From Marsupella aquatica (taxonomy: Eukaryota; Plantae; Marchantiophyta), in NCBI GenBank assembly GCA_973895155.1, contig OZ316893.1, positions 9,425,839 to 9,489,838 of the forward strand: a stretch of DNA of 64,000 nt. Reading direction: 5' to 3'. Both the position numbers and the translations under genes were made by a program. Below the pieces are notes generated by a model. It saw only the letters and a list, made by a program, of their open reading frames with translations, was not told where the DNA came from and made no database searches. Positions 36,431 to 50,248 of this stretch are shown piece after piece (position 1 is the stretch's first letter; the number at the start of each line of letters is the position of its first letter).

Positions 36431-39400
36431 TGAACCCATGCGGATCAGCCTCTCCAGAGCCGCTGCTAGGTTCCGTGACCAGTCACATGATTACGCTTTA
36501 CCCATTTACTTTGTGAATGCCGGACCACAAGTATTTGACAGGTAGATCTAATTATTGGACCCCCCATTGTTTTAAGTCGCCCTTCCACTCAATCCGCATA
36601 GTGAATGATTGATGAAACTTTCATATTGAACAGCTGTGTTACCATCTAAACATACTTCAGACTTCCAAGCCGCAAGCAGTGAGATTTATGCCGCAGATCT
36701 CCCTTCAAGTGGATACCAGGAATTACTATTACGGAATAGATCCGCCTAGTACTGGTTCGGAGCTACCTACCAAACAGACCATTGCAAATGGACCTCAACC
36801 GCATCAGTTGTGCTTGTGCTCTCGTTCTCTGTCTCTTGTGACACTATCGCCTGAACCAATAATGCTTGTCGCACGACACTCTCGCTGAAGTCTAGATATG
36901 CTCTTTCCATCCAAACTGATCCACTTCTCAGAACGACATTGGACACTTTCTAATCAGTCGACAATTCGAGCAGCACCGACAGCGGGACTGCGAAAATTGA
37001 TCATTTAAAATCATGAGATTTCTCAGACACATCGCGCCAACTCTCAGCCACGATCATACCCCAACCGAGAAAGTCAGTCTAACAAACATCTGACCAATCC
37101 AATCACTGAAAATCATCGGATCGCTTCTGGAAATGATCCAAAGAACTACACAAGAGAGTAGAAGGTAAAAGCATGTTTAGATCAACAGAATATGCACCAT
37201 TTTTTCATGTATGCAATTCCACGCAGCGACCGTAACACCCTGACCAGTAAACTAGATAATGAGATCATGAATACAAATAGAGGGGTGACAGACAACGGGA
37301 GTAGATAACACGAAGTGAATCAACGGATCCGTAGTTCACGGGAACCAGGCCAAAGTACAAAAACTGTAACAAAGATTTCCCAATCACAAGAGACTGAAAA
37401 GAGAGCAAACCAGCCATACAATTTCGACAACAGTGAAGTTGCCAGCCGTTTTGTTGAGCCAGCCGTTCCAACTGATCGCCATCCTTGACACGCGACCACC
37501 TTAAACCCTCCCCCCACAGATCGCGCCCTAGCCAGACCTGTAGTATTTCTACACATCTAGCCTACCCTTCATCCCTTTTCAATATGAGAAATTTGTCTCC
37601 GCTATTGTACCATTACAGACGAACTTGATCTACATGGTTCCTGCAGTTCCTGAATTTCCTCTGTATATGCTTCTCGTGAGATAAACTTCATCTCCTGCCC
37701 CGCCCTTGCCCCACCGCATCACAATCGTGAACAGAACGGAAAATCGAAACGAGTCAATGCTGAGTACTGTCGAACCCAAATCTAAATCCACACTGTCTCC
37801 AACAACTCCCTCCCAGCTTTACTCCCTGGATTCATTGCAAGCCACATCCTCAAACGCGAAATGACGTTTGTCGTTAATGGCATAGGACAGGGAAAGGCGA
37901 TGATTTGCTGTGAATCATTGAAATCCTCCTTCACCGACGACAGGATGATCATGTACGTTTCGAAGATTAGATATCCATACGCTCTGTCAGACCGTTCAAG
38001 AAATACCATCACCTACGAGAGCTCCATCCCTCCTTCCTTCTTAGCGATTCCGGACATTACCATCCACTCTTAGACGTGTGGCGAAACCGAATCTGCCTTA
38101 ACCGCCCGATCCTGATGTAGCCAGAAGCAGGTTAGGACCGCATGTCGCTGCAATCGCAATTCATTCCCTGCACAGCGCAACACCACCAACGGCTACCTGA
38201 AAACACTCGTTCATAGTTTTGGGTCGTCAATGCGAATCAATCACCGGATAACCATCAATTGGACAACCAGTCCGGACCGGAATGCGGTTCACAGAACGAT
38301 ACCATTTGAGCAGTGAAGAGAGGGAGGGAGTACGCGAATCGTCAAACGAATTTGGAGCTACGAGGCATCGAGACCGGACAGACAGTGAAGGACTACAAAC
38401 ATTCACACAGCATCTTCGGTCCGGTTCTGTCGTGCCGACCTGGGGACGGAACGAGACTGGGAAAGTGGAACGACGAGAAGGAGGAGATTGGAACTTGGAA
38501 AGAACGCGGGGAAAGTCTTAGGAATCGATGGGCGAAAATGATGGGAGAAGTGGGAAGGATGCTTGCCGTGCTCTGGCGGGAGGGCAGGAGGGAGGCGAAG
38601 AACAACAAGCTCCCCTGGACGCCCGACGAATTTGGGAACACCAAAAGCGTGCGTGCGGCACTTTCGGAAGGAATTGCGGTACAGTCCTGCAGCCAGCCCA
38701 TTACCAGCCCGTACAGTCCCTCGTCTATGGTCTACGGCATTCAGCGTGCTGCCCTGATCGCGTCAATGTCGGACGTTGACAAGCGTTTGACTTGTTCCCA
38801 CGACAATCCAATAATATTCCATATCATTTCCTACCCCAAGCCAGGGCTTTTGAAACTAAGCGAAGCAATCAAATCAGGCAAATCAACTCGACCAGGTCGT
38901 TAAAATGATAGCAAGGCTAGGTACAGCACCGATACAAGACCAGGTCCTTGAGAACGCTTTTAAGTATTGTTGAACCGACTTCTCGAATTTTGGGCACGGA
39001 CGATGGACAGAGGGCTGTAGTACCGGTCCCAAGACAAAGTGCAGAACAAATGCAAGGTAAGAAGATGACCAGGTTTAGGGTCATCAACTAATCAAAGGTA
39101 CCAAAAAAGTAAATTAATAATCAAGGTACCCTAGAATTCAACCGACTTGGAATTCTGGAAACGGACGATGAGCAGTTAGCACCGAAGATTCCAGACTCCA
39201 GAGGGTACCATGACGAGAGAAGAGGCCGTCGTTTTGAGTCCAAGAAAATTCTGTCTAGGTCTATCGGTACTCGGTAGTGACTCCAACTGCATCAAGCAAG
39301 AGGGACATGCTTAGATATCCTCCTTTCGAAGCGGGGGTCGTCAAAGGCATGCAGCGTTCCCTCATGAGCCACCATGGATTCTTTATTGTCTGATGGGCGA

Positions 39401-39544
39401 GGAATTGAACGAGGGGGATCTCGAGGGGAGGTGCGGTCCGAGTCTGACGGTACACTAGGAGGACTTTACGGTGGAGGTGACGACAATCTCGAGCTCTGCC
39501 ATCACAGACTTTATGAATTGCGGGAGACGAAGACGAGCAATTTG

Positions 39545-39930
39545 ACGATCAGGGTATGGGCACGATGATTGAGGGATGATTGACTGAGAGTAGAGTCTGA
39601 GACCGACGGATCTGAACTTCATGGACGGGCCGACTGACGGAACGGACAATGCCTTGACGGATGCAAGGCTGTACTGACGGAAACAGTCAATCATTTGACG
39701 GATGCAAGGTTGGACTGACGGAAACAGAGCCACGAGACCAGATCGCACCCCGGCGGACGCAAGGATGGACTGAGGTAAGCCGGGCTCCTCTCTGATCAGG
39801 GTATGGGGACGATGATGGACGAACGATCGACGGACAGACCGACGGATCTGAACTTCATGTGCGACAGACTGATGGAATAGACAATCATTTGATGGCTGCA
39901 GCGATGGACTGACAGACACAGAGATATCAG
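39545..39930. repeat. Degenerate GACGG-rich nested repeats
   Basis: atcagggtatggg..cgatgat and gaccgacggatctgaacttcatg each occur twice about 240 bp apart; tgacggatgcaagg..g.actgacggaaacag occurs twice in tandem. Confidence 0.75.
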
Positions 39931-41383
39931 AAATAGATAAGCCGATGGATAAGAATTGTTACTCGATCGGTGCACGGGATGAACTAGCGGATAATAACTT
40001 GACGGACGGCGTGCTCGATGGAATTATTATTGGGATGATGATTCGTGACGAGCAGGACAGGCAATGGGTATGGACGGTGGACATTGTTCTTAAGAAAATG
40101 GCGTTATTATTTTCCAGTGGAGATAAAGTACATCGATATTTATCGATCGACGGTCGAGCACTTTCCTTTCATGAAAGAAAAGTCACCATTAGTATAGCTT
40201 AATGCCCTTCGTGGTTTTCAGGGCATTGGCGAAGAAGAATGCATAGTCACGATTTCAGAGATGCATCCCCAGAATATGTGTATCCATGTGATTTTGGGTA
40301 CATTAATTTGAGGTCTATCAACAGTTTGGATCACTCATGGGATCCATCAAGTAACACTTGTAATTTTAGGGGTCCATCAAATAAATGTCTCAGTCATCAA
40401 GATTTGGATGGGTCATCGTGAAAAGCCTACTCTACTAAAAACTAGAGGAAAAAAAATCTCTTGGGTGGTCTTGTGACCAGAGAATTCTGGGCAAAAATAT
40501 TCTTTCAACACTCTACGGGAAGCTCTCTTTTGGGGGGAGCATCACATCCCACAATGCCCTGTAAACAACACTTTACCATTTACATGAATTCACTCACAAT
40601 AATTGTGTTCTATAAGTGCGGTGCATTGACTTTCACAGAGAGTGTTAATGCCTTAATATATCTCATGCTGCCAAAGAATAGAAAGCTTCTAACAAGAAAA
40701 CAAGATCCTAGCAGGAAAACAAGATGCCATGGGCAGGAGATCCCATAAAGGGGAGAAAACCAGAGAGAAACCTAAGAAGATAAAATGCCCCAAAAGCCAT
40801 AGAGCCCCTATAACACAAAAAAACTAAAGCCCTAGTAATCTTTATTCTGTGTTTATGAAGATTAGAAAGTTCAACTTTGAGACTCCACATTAAATCATAT
40901 TGTCCTTTTGAATTCCAAAATTGACTCTAAAATAGTTGCACATAACAGAAGACCTTCTATGTCTTGTTCATGATTGTAATATTTAGCTAGCTGCTTTCAT
41001 AGGTACAACTTGAAGATAAAATATGAATATCTTTGGCACATACGAGAGGTGAAACAAATGTGATTTGGCTCACTGGGATTTCGAGAACGCAGAGGTAGTC
41101 CTCCATCAGGAAGAAAGTCTGTTAATCAATGAATTCAACTGGGTTGAGAAGTGAGTACCTTTTTCTCAAAAATTTGTCTCAAACTACCTCAATTATACAA
41201 CAAATATATATAGTCCTAATCACTAAGTCAACTAAGCTGCCTAATATTAGTACTACTTCCTTGCTGCACTACCACTGCTCATTTTTAAGTACTTACAGCC
41301 GGCAGTTTGTTCTACCTAGCCCCCTCACTACAGTAGGTCTCCCTAAGAACAAATAGAAAGTTGAGAATGCCTTGAAAATCCTT

Positions 41384-41400
41384 CACTACAAGAAAAAAAA
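41384..41400 (+). mobile_element. CACTA left terminus (element C, extent unknown)
   Basis: ctt|CACTACAAGAAAAAAAA is the canonical En/Spm end. It is followed by about 8 kb of CpG-poor sequence with decayed exons. No matching right end found. Confidence 0.55.
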
Positions 41401-43521
41401 ATGGTACTATCTGTACAGAGGAGCTATAATTGAACTGTTTCTACTGGTGTGGATAGAGACTTTATGTGTGTTACTAGGTCTCCTGAGGGCCTTCTTTGGA
41501 ACGTAAATAGAGCCTGTCAGTACATTCAAGCCCCCTGCACAGTTTGTAGAGTTCACCCTGCCTGCCATCCCTGTTTGCCACCCACAACTTCAGTCATGCC
41601 CCCAAGAGTCACTATCTAGAGGTTTCATTCTGAGGTTTCATGCTGGACCATAGGCCCTGAAGAGTAGCTCTTGATTATGATCATATAGCAACAGCAGCTG
41701 AACTTCCATGAGTTCTGTTGATGGACTTCCTTTGACACAGATATAAACTCAGCTCCATGGGTGCCAGTTGCAAGGACAAATATAATAGACCTCACAATTC
41801 CAATTCCCAATTGGATATATTGTAGGCCATCCAGGAGTTCATCCAAAATGGCCACGTACATGGGCAGTTTTGCATGTGCTCGAACTCTATGTGACGGTCA
41901 AGTGACAATGAGTGGTCTTTGTTGGAGCAAAATTTGTAATATCTAGTAGTTGGTTGACTTGGCTTTTCAGAAAGAAATCATCTCAGTCTGCTAAACAATA
42001 TTCTGAATGAGGTTCTTTGACTCATAGTTGGAAGGAGCTTAAAGAACAGGTTCCAGTGCAGCTTATGGAGCAGTTCTATCACATTGCATATATAGCGATG
42101 CACACCTTTTTGCCACTTCCAAGTAATAGTTTCTCTGAAGTCATGCAATTTGGTACTAAGTAGCAGATGTCCAGGATATCAAGTCTTCTATTTTGCTCAT
42201 CTTTTGGAGTCAGCCCACATAGTATCGTTAGTAGAGAAGTTTTGCGGATAACAATTTGGTTCCCTTCACAAGTTGAGAGACATTTACCTTGCAATCAGAG
42301 AATTCAGCAGGGAGTTCTCCAACCCCTTTTTTGGCCAAAAATTTGATAATCAAACCACCAAAGATCAGATTATCAAATAAGGAAAAACAAAGAAGCTATT
42401 GGTGTCTAGACAATGTAATTTAATGTAATGTACTGGACTTATTGATATGGATAGGCTGACACCCCTATGAACTCCACAATAGGATCATGAAAATAAGTAC
42501 TAACAGTAGAGAAAGAACCCCTCTTTATGTGTTGGAGCAGTTTTATTCTTAACTCAAGAACTCAAAACAGGATACAACTTGAATTTAGTTGCTGCTGATT
42601 GAAGCCTAATTCCCAAATATTCATGGAGTGTTTTTTATACCCTTGTATAAACTCAGGCTCTTAGGTATGGTAAGTTTGGTGACAGACCAATAACAGTCAT
42701 CCCATGCATATTGTCTTCTCCCTGTGTTAAGCTGGCTGGCTGCCATTGGCATCCACTCACCTCTGTTGGGATCTTACAAGTAACATATATATCACTTGTG
42801 GGGTCCAAGGCAGGGTCTCTTAAAATTTTGTTGCCTGTTTTGTTGCCTGCTCTTTGTTTGATTCAGGCTCCAAATTTTATGAGGGCTTGATGAGCCATCC
42901 TGGCTTAAATTTAACAAGTAGACCTTGTGATCTACATCTTATGACTCTACGAGGATCATGCATAAAGACACTAGCCTTAATTCCACTCCTTGCAAGTTTC
43001 CTGCAAGTGTCCAAAGGCCCTAGAAATGTGATATCTGACTCATGAACTTGAAGGTTGATTTGTAGACTCATTCAAGGTACCTAATACGTGCATGAAGACT
43101 GGAATGTTTCACATGGGCCATATGTAGTTGTCTGACTCATCTTACCTTGAAGTCAAGATGCAACACTACTTGGTGACCGTCCTAGGCTACCCCACATCTA
43201 GTACATGATTGTGCATCACAACCTCCAGCCTGATTATAGCTATTTAAGCGGCATTGAACAGGAGTATATGGTCTGGCTTAATAGACAAGATCTGAAATGG
43301 ATATACAATTAATCCAACAGGGCAACATTTGTGGTTCATTGGGTGCAGGTGCATGGATGTCCTCATAGCTTATTCTTAGTTATCATAAACCATGGATTAA
43401 CTAATGACAAGGGGCTAATCAATTCATGGAATATCTATCAATCAATCTGATGCATGACATTTTCTCCCTCAAATGATGACACTCCCGTATCGGGGATCGA
43501 TCTTTGAAACACCCTGCCTAG

Positions 43522-44058
43522 CTAGGCTATCTCGTCATCATCATCATCTACGGTTGTAACCAGGGATTTCCGTTTGCCTTGGCTGCGAGATGCTCCGCGT
43601 TCGCTACGTTTAGAAGCATGAGTCGTGGAACTACCATCAATTTGCTTTCTTCCCCTAGATCTACGCATTGGACCACCAGAACTTAATTCTGAATTGGTAA
43701 GCACACAAGCTTTGTTCAAACTAGAACTTGAAGCTCTCCCTAACCGAGATGCATTCCCACCCAACTCTATTCTAAGAACATTTCCTAAAGATCTTGAGTG
43801 GGTTGTAAGTGAGCTCCCCTCTTGACTGATAAGGTTTTGGGCACAGCCGGCTGTTGATAGGTCATTGGGCTCCTCACAAGCAGCCATGGAAATATGGGAT
43901 TCAGCCAGAGCAGCATCCAGAAGTGCCCGGAGACGTAAAACTCGTTGCAAGTTGGACTCAATAAACGTCAATTTCTCTCTATCATCGCAACTGTAAAATT
44001 CTGGGATTGCTGGTGTGAGGCCCATTAGCCTCCGGCTCCTGCGCTTACTAGTACCCAT
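43522..44058 (-). pseudogene. 178-aa ORF, probable exon of a decayed TE-borne gene
   Basis: Starts MGTSKRRSRRLMGLTP, has basic and acidic low-complexity tail; downstream splice donors (aag|gtaaga near 43145) and broken frames continue toward 41600. Confidence 0.35.
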
Positions 44059-47000
44059 CCTGCCAATCTAGCCCTCAAAGCACATGCAAATTTAGATGTA
44101 CACAACTAGTTTTTGTCCAAGCTAGGCTTATGCATGCAAGACAGGCTTATAAACTTTGCCAAAAGTGTCCAATTGGCTGAAGAAGGCTCTATGCTTCTCC
44201 TGCTTGCACCATAGATAGCTTCATCTCTTAGCATCTTTCTATTCTAACTAATCATCAATGTTTTCCTTCTGTGGCCTCTACTTCAGATGAAAGGTTGTGT
44301 CTTTTCAAGAATGCCGCTTAATACAGGTATGACTTGACTAGCAAGAACAACACATGCAAATCTACATTAATTAGTCATAACCCATGGTAGTAAAGGGAGA
44401 GCATTCCAGTTCATTCAATTTAATCAACAAAAACATCTTCAATTGTGGAACAAAGTACTCTCAAACAACCAAGGGCCTCTAATTCCAAAACCATCGGCTT
44501 CATGAGGCTTGGGTGCAGGCCTGGAGTTTCAAAGTTACTTGTAGTTGCACACCCGGGGTCCTCACTCTTTTTCCTTCAACCCATCACACTCAGCTAAGTA
44601 CAGGGTATTTTGTTGTGTTTAGTAGAAGCTCGAGTAGAAGACTTCTAAATTTGTGTAGAAGAACATCAGTTTTTTATATAATCTTGAACATTTTAAGAAA
44701 AGATAGGGGTTTCAATCTCTTTGGAGGGATATCTTCCATAAAGGTAGGGGTGAATTTGTTTGAATTCCCTGATTTTTTAGGGTGTTCATGACCTAAGAAT
44801 GATTTTCATGATATATATAGGACCGGGTATAGGAGCCCCCTTCAAGGGAGGCCCCCAAGATTGCACAAAGAACTACGAACCCACATACTAACCATGGGAC
44901 TACCAGTATGTGATGCCTTCCTGGATCCTCTGACCATTTAACCAAGTTAGTTTTGCCTCATGTCATGGAGGTCTGTCCATGACTGCATACTTCATAAGGT
45001 TTTGTTATCTCATAAGAGGGTTTCTTGTGCCTACTAAGTGTTGAATTGCCCGATGTCAAGCTCAACCTTGGGGGTCTCACTTCCATGAAAATGAAATATC
45101 ATGTGCAATGAAATATAAGGTCATTCCATTGTTTATAAGGGAAGATTTATTTTGTTTTGTAATAGAATATGAGGGTCTTTTAAATCCAATTATGAGATTT
45201 ACAAGAAAAGATCAGGCCTTTAAACCCCGTTTGAAACCAAATTTGGAATATTCTAATTTAATAGGGGTAAGAAACAAAATATTTTTTTCTTAATTGTTAG
45301 GGTGTATGAGTGAGTTTTTGAAACATTGCATGCAATGGGGTTTCATGCTATTAGGGTGTATGAGTTTTCGAAACATTGCAATGCATGAGATGTCTTCTTG
45401 AAGAGCCCTGTCATGTTGCCATTCCTATGAATTGGCTTTGAATGCACAGTTTTAATTTCAGACCATGGATTGCTGGCAAATAGGTTTTGGATCACTCTCC
45501 CCACATTCTGCCACTATCAGTTGAGCATTGCTACTTTAAACTCAGAATTGTTCCAAGAAATCATAATCTGAGCAAAACCTTTGGGGTGGAAATCCCATTG
45601 AAGCTTATAGCCTGGTTTCCATGCCTTGCTTGTCTTGAATATCAAATTTGTGTGTCAAGATCACTTGATGTTGCCCAGAGAGGCATGACTTTGTGGTAGC
45701 TCACTTGAATAGAGACATATAGGTCTTTGGTTCAACTATTGTGGCTGACTCTTCCCTTTCTGTGGGGTTTCACAGATTTCCCCAAAAAATAATAATAAAT
45801 ACTTTACACCAAAAAAAAAGATCACTTGATGTTGTCTCTGCTCATGGGTTCTGTTTCCTCTATGTGGCTTCCTGTTTCCTTATTGTAATTCCTCATGGAG
45901 TGGACATTATTTATATAGTTGCAGCACAAATGCTTGAGATCCGGGTTGAGAGCACAATAGATCTCACCTGTTTGTGTAGATGTTAAGCGTGGGCTAGAAA
46001 ATGGCTGTCGAAGAGAGGTGGAGACTAAGATAAGAACCGTGAAAGAGTATGGACCTAGACAAGTACCTTTTTTGGCAACAAGTACTGTAGTACTTGCAGT
46101 AAGTTTGACAACCCCACCCTAGACTATGCTAAGGGGGTACCATAAACATGGCTTATTTGAGCTCAAAAGCAGTGGAATCTACTTGCAATATTCCACTCAT
46201 AAGGTACCATAACCATAGCTTATTTGTGGTACAGGGTCAGTGGACCCTACTCATAATATTCCACTTGTAACCTCTCTCCTATTTAAAGATCTCATTAGTG
46301 TAACTAGCCCCGACTACCCATTCTTTGAATGTGAATAGTGGGGAGTACAATAAAAATGTCCCCAAAATATATTCTTTATTCATAGTCTTTGAAGGTTAAT
46401 GAAATGAAAAAAAAATTATCATGCATGTCATCATTTTAATAATCATACATAAGATATGATACTCTTTTCTATGCACATATGTTATGGTGGGGCAATAGAG
46501 CCCATTTTTAATGTAAATAGAAACCATGACATACATCATAGTCATGTGTTTTCCCATCCACATGATGAGCCATGGAGTTATGGTCTACAGGCTTCACTCT
46601 AGAAGCCTAGGCCCCAACTCTAGCTTGTAGTTGGTACTTTATAAATAAAATTTTAGGGGGCAGGCTCGCCCCTTAAGGGCATCCATGTTCGGCCTGCTTG
46701 CAGAGTTAGTTATGACACTTGATCAGGTGGACCGCTAGAGAATCACACTATGCAAATGGTCTATTTTCCACCCACCATTTGCTTAGTTTGTCATCTATGG
46801 ACCTTTTTTGCTGAACATGAAGCCCAAATGGAATGAGGGGATTACTCTGAAGCCCAGGTGGATTTCCAAAGCTTGGATGGATTGGTACACAATGTCAAAA
46901 AGACTTGGGTAGCACCTTTGCAGTTTTGACTCAAATGTGACCTGTAAACAAGCTCCTCACTGTTTTTAGCCAATTTCAATTACCTCACCCGGTGGTAGGA

Positions 47001-50000
47001 TGTTGCTCATGCCCAAACCACTGAGGACATCTTCACAAAAGTGAGGTGTCCTTCCCAAAGTGATAATTCCCTGCTCATGCCCAAACCACAGGTTGTCCTT
47101 CACAAAAGTGAAAACGTCCATTGACTGTTGGTTCATGATGTTTCACCATTTTTGTGCTCATTGGGAATGGAACAAACATCTCAGAAAAATTGAACATCAG
47201 CAAACATTCTCGAAAAAATTGAGATTAAACATAGATCCAAAAATTATTGAAAATGCACAAGTCTGGCACTTTACAGTTGATTGGGGTGTCATTCTAAAAA
47301 GTGAAGCATCCTTCCAGAAACAATGGATCCGAGTGCAAAAACAATAGGTCCATCCATGCTTTATGTTCTCTTTTGTTTTCACTCTGTTGCACTTTGTTGG
47401 GCGCTTTATAATAATTTGTTCCTTTTCTCTAAAAGAAGATACAAGTAAATGAATCAAAAGACAAGGTATCATATGACAACTGACCCCAAGTTACGGCAAC
47501 GTGTGATGGGGAAGCCACCTGGACGGGTATCAGGTCACGGTTGTGATACACCCTGTATGGACAATAAGCTCCCTAGATTGACGGATAACTGTCAAATTCT
47601 GGAACTGGGGTCTGAGACCAGATGGCAAGCGGACTACGATGGAAGACAAAAAGCCTATCAAATCTCCAGAAGTGGCTAAGACTTTTCGGAGAGGTGGAAA
47701 TTTTCCACTTAAAATAACACTGACAATGGTCACCTTTGGCCCTAGGTGGACTTTCCAAATGCTGTTACAAAGCAAAGAGTCACTTAGAAAGGAGGGCCCC
47801 ATACCAAACCAAAAGAAGCAATGGAAACACAGACTTTTATGATGTCTCCTTGAACTTCACTCTGGACTAATGTGACTCCACACCAGCTTGCCCCCTTAGA
47901 GTACATCCATATCCCACTTGCAAACACTCCATGTAGACCATGCTTATCCCACTAGCCACATTTAGCTCATCACAATGGCCCTACGGCAGTAGATTTATAT
48001 CAAAAGCCTTCATTTTGCCTTGGAAATGTAATCCCTCAGATTCTACAAAAGAATCATATTTTCTGAATATTGTTCGTGTCAACTACAAATAAGCCACTGG
48101 GGCCATACAACAAGATTTTAACTGCAGATCTGCTAAACCCAGAATTAATGCAAGGAGATACACATGTAGTGTGGGTTGTAGTGTGCATTGATAAACAAAG
48201 TTGTCCTCTCTAGGCCTAACCTTGCCCACCAACCGCTAATTAATAGGACACAAGGGACCCACTTTGGTCCAGCTAGGATCCAGTCAGGATATTTTATAGA
48301 CAAAGTTGTCCTCACATTTTGTAAAGTCAACTTTGCCCGAAATCCACTCATTAACACTGTAACTTGTGCAAGAGAGGGTTGGGGACCTCGGGGGGGGGGG
48401 GGGGAGCTTGAAGCCTTGAAGCCTTGAAGCCTTGAAGATGTTGCCACCACTAGTGTTCAAAGACACCAGAGAAGACACCCGAAGAACAGCTCCACCCGAA
48501 CACTAAAATTTCCCCTACTTTGGGAAATTTTTCACACCTAAAAACTTTTTTGCCAGAGAATTTTCATTTTCTCCTCTCCAGCTGTATGAACCCTATCTTT
48601 AGAAAGTGGGGAAAGTCATGCATGCCCCGGAAAATTTGTGGAAAGGCTGGATTCCCACCGGACACCAACACCTTAGAAAGTGACTTTTGAAGATCTAGAC
48701 TTCTTTTTCATAAAAGCCCACCAGTACAGATTCCATCTATGAAAACCCAACCTGTGTTAGTTGCGATTCAATCCCAAAGGCCCCCCACTATGCAACTAAA
48801 GGGAATGGCATGAGAGGCGAAACTTACTTTTCTGTCTCATATTAAAAAGAAAGTAATATTAGACAAGCCTCACCAAAAAAGGAAGTTCTAGGTGAGATTT
48901 TAAAGCTCACAGTCGGAGTTGCTCGAGTGGCAGTTTCCAAGATACTGGAGGTGGCAATTCACCACTGGGTTGTTGATAAAAACAATCTCAAATGTATACT
49001 AGGTATGTCAGATCAAATTTGGCAACACTCTGCACCCCTAAAAGTTCCCTATATAGCTACCTAGTTGTACCATAAGGAGAGAAAAATACTGCTCATTAAA
49101 GTCTTTCCCGGAGTGTGATTCAGCACAAATGACAATATCAAGGCTTGCACCCTCCCTGATCGCTACCATCCCCGTTGGCTGCCCTCGAAAAAATGTGGAT
49201 GTAAAATGTTTTGAAGTGTCAAAGTTGATGAATGAGCCCCACTTTTGGGTGGGGTTTGTTACAAAGAGAACCATGCCAGACAGGATTCAAACCACTGTCC
49301 TGTTGGGCCCAAGTCTGCTTGACTACCACTCAGGCAGCTTCTGTTGCACAGCTAATGAGGCTCTTTAATTGTAATTATATTTGTTCTACTGTAGGGAAAT
49401 GGCTGTGGGTAGCAGTCAGCCATATCACAGCAGGCAGCCAGGGAAATGGCCGTGGGGAGCAGGCAACCATATCACAAGTTGTATGAATTTTGATATTAAT
49501 ATGCATCCATATTGTCAATCTTTGTAAATGGAATGTGTTTACACACCATTAAGACAGCTTGACCTGTTCCCAGATTGCTCAGAAAAGCTCTGCCAAAAGT
49601 CAACTTTTGATTCCAACCTAGTAACCCGCCTGGAGTGTCATTAGGGCATGTCAAACCCGTCTGGAGGGTCATTATGGCATGTCAAAACAGGGGCCATAAA
49701 GGAGATAGGGGCAAAGCCTTAAAACCATTTTATGGCCGGGACATAATTTCTTAAGGGCCACCTAAAATCCTAAATACACACCCGGTTGTCACCCATAAGA
49801 CTTTATGGCTATTAAGACTACTTTTGTTATGGATTTACTTTGATATGCACTATTCTCCCTATAGAAGATTCGGAGCACATATTAGTTGACTCGGAGCGCA
49901 TAATAGTACCCACAACCAGATGTGCCTCTTTGAGTCTTTGTGCCGACCAATTCTGAACATATGTGGTGAAGACTTTACTCTGACCAAATGTGCGTCATGG

Positions 50001-50031
50001 ACTCGAAGAGCGCAAAGCATTTTTCAAGTTT

Positions 50032-50248
50032 GATCTAAATCAATGCGTGTTGTAGAACTCGAGCTCTTGCTGCACTTGTGATGAGATGAGGAAGGGAGGG
50101 ATGGAGCGAAAGAAGAAGGGAAACACCGAAACAATTCATGATCTAAATCAATGTGTGTTCTAGAACTCGGGCTCTTCCTGCACGTGTGATGAGATGAGAG
50201 GAGGAAGGGAGGGATGGAGCGAAAGAAGAAGGGAAACAATTCATGATC
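50032..50248. repeat. Tandem duplication of about 108 bp
   Basis: gatctaaatcaatg.gtgtt.tagaactcg.gctctt.ctgcac.tgtgatgagatgag...gggatggagcgaaagaagaagggaaaca occurs twice. Confidence 0.9.

Noticed and set aside
38313-38903. 196-aa plus-strand ORF
   Set aside because: No recognisable motif; overlaps the probable 5' UTR/promoter of the minus-strand DUF707 gene.
46060-46098. agtaccttttttgg...caagtactgtagtacttg as the right end of the CACTA starting at 41384
   Set aside because: No TAGTG terminus and no ctt TSD; similarity too weak.
48389-48437. Poly-G followed by (gccttgaa)n
   Set aside because: Simple low-complexity repeat with no evidence of function.
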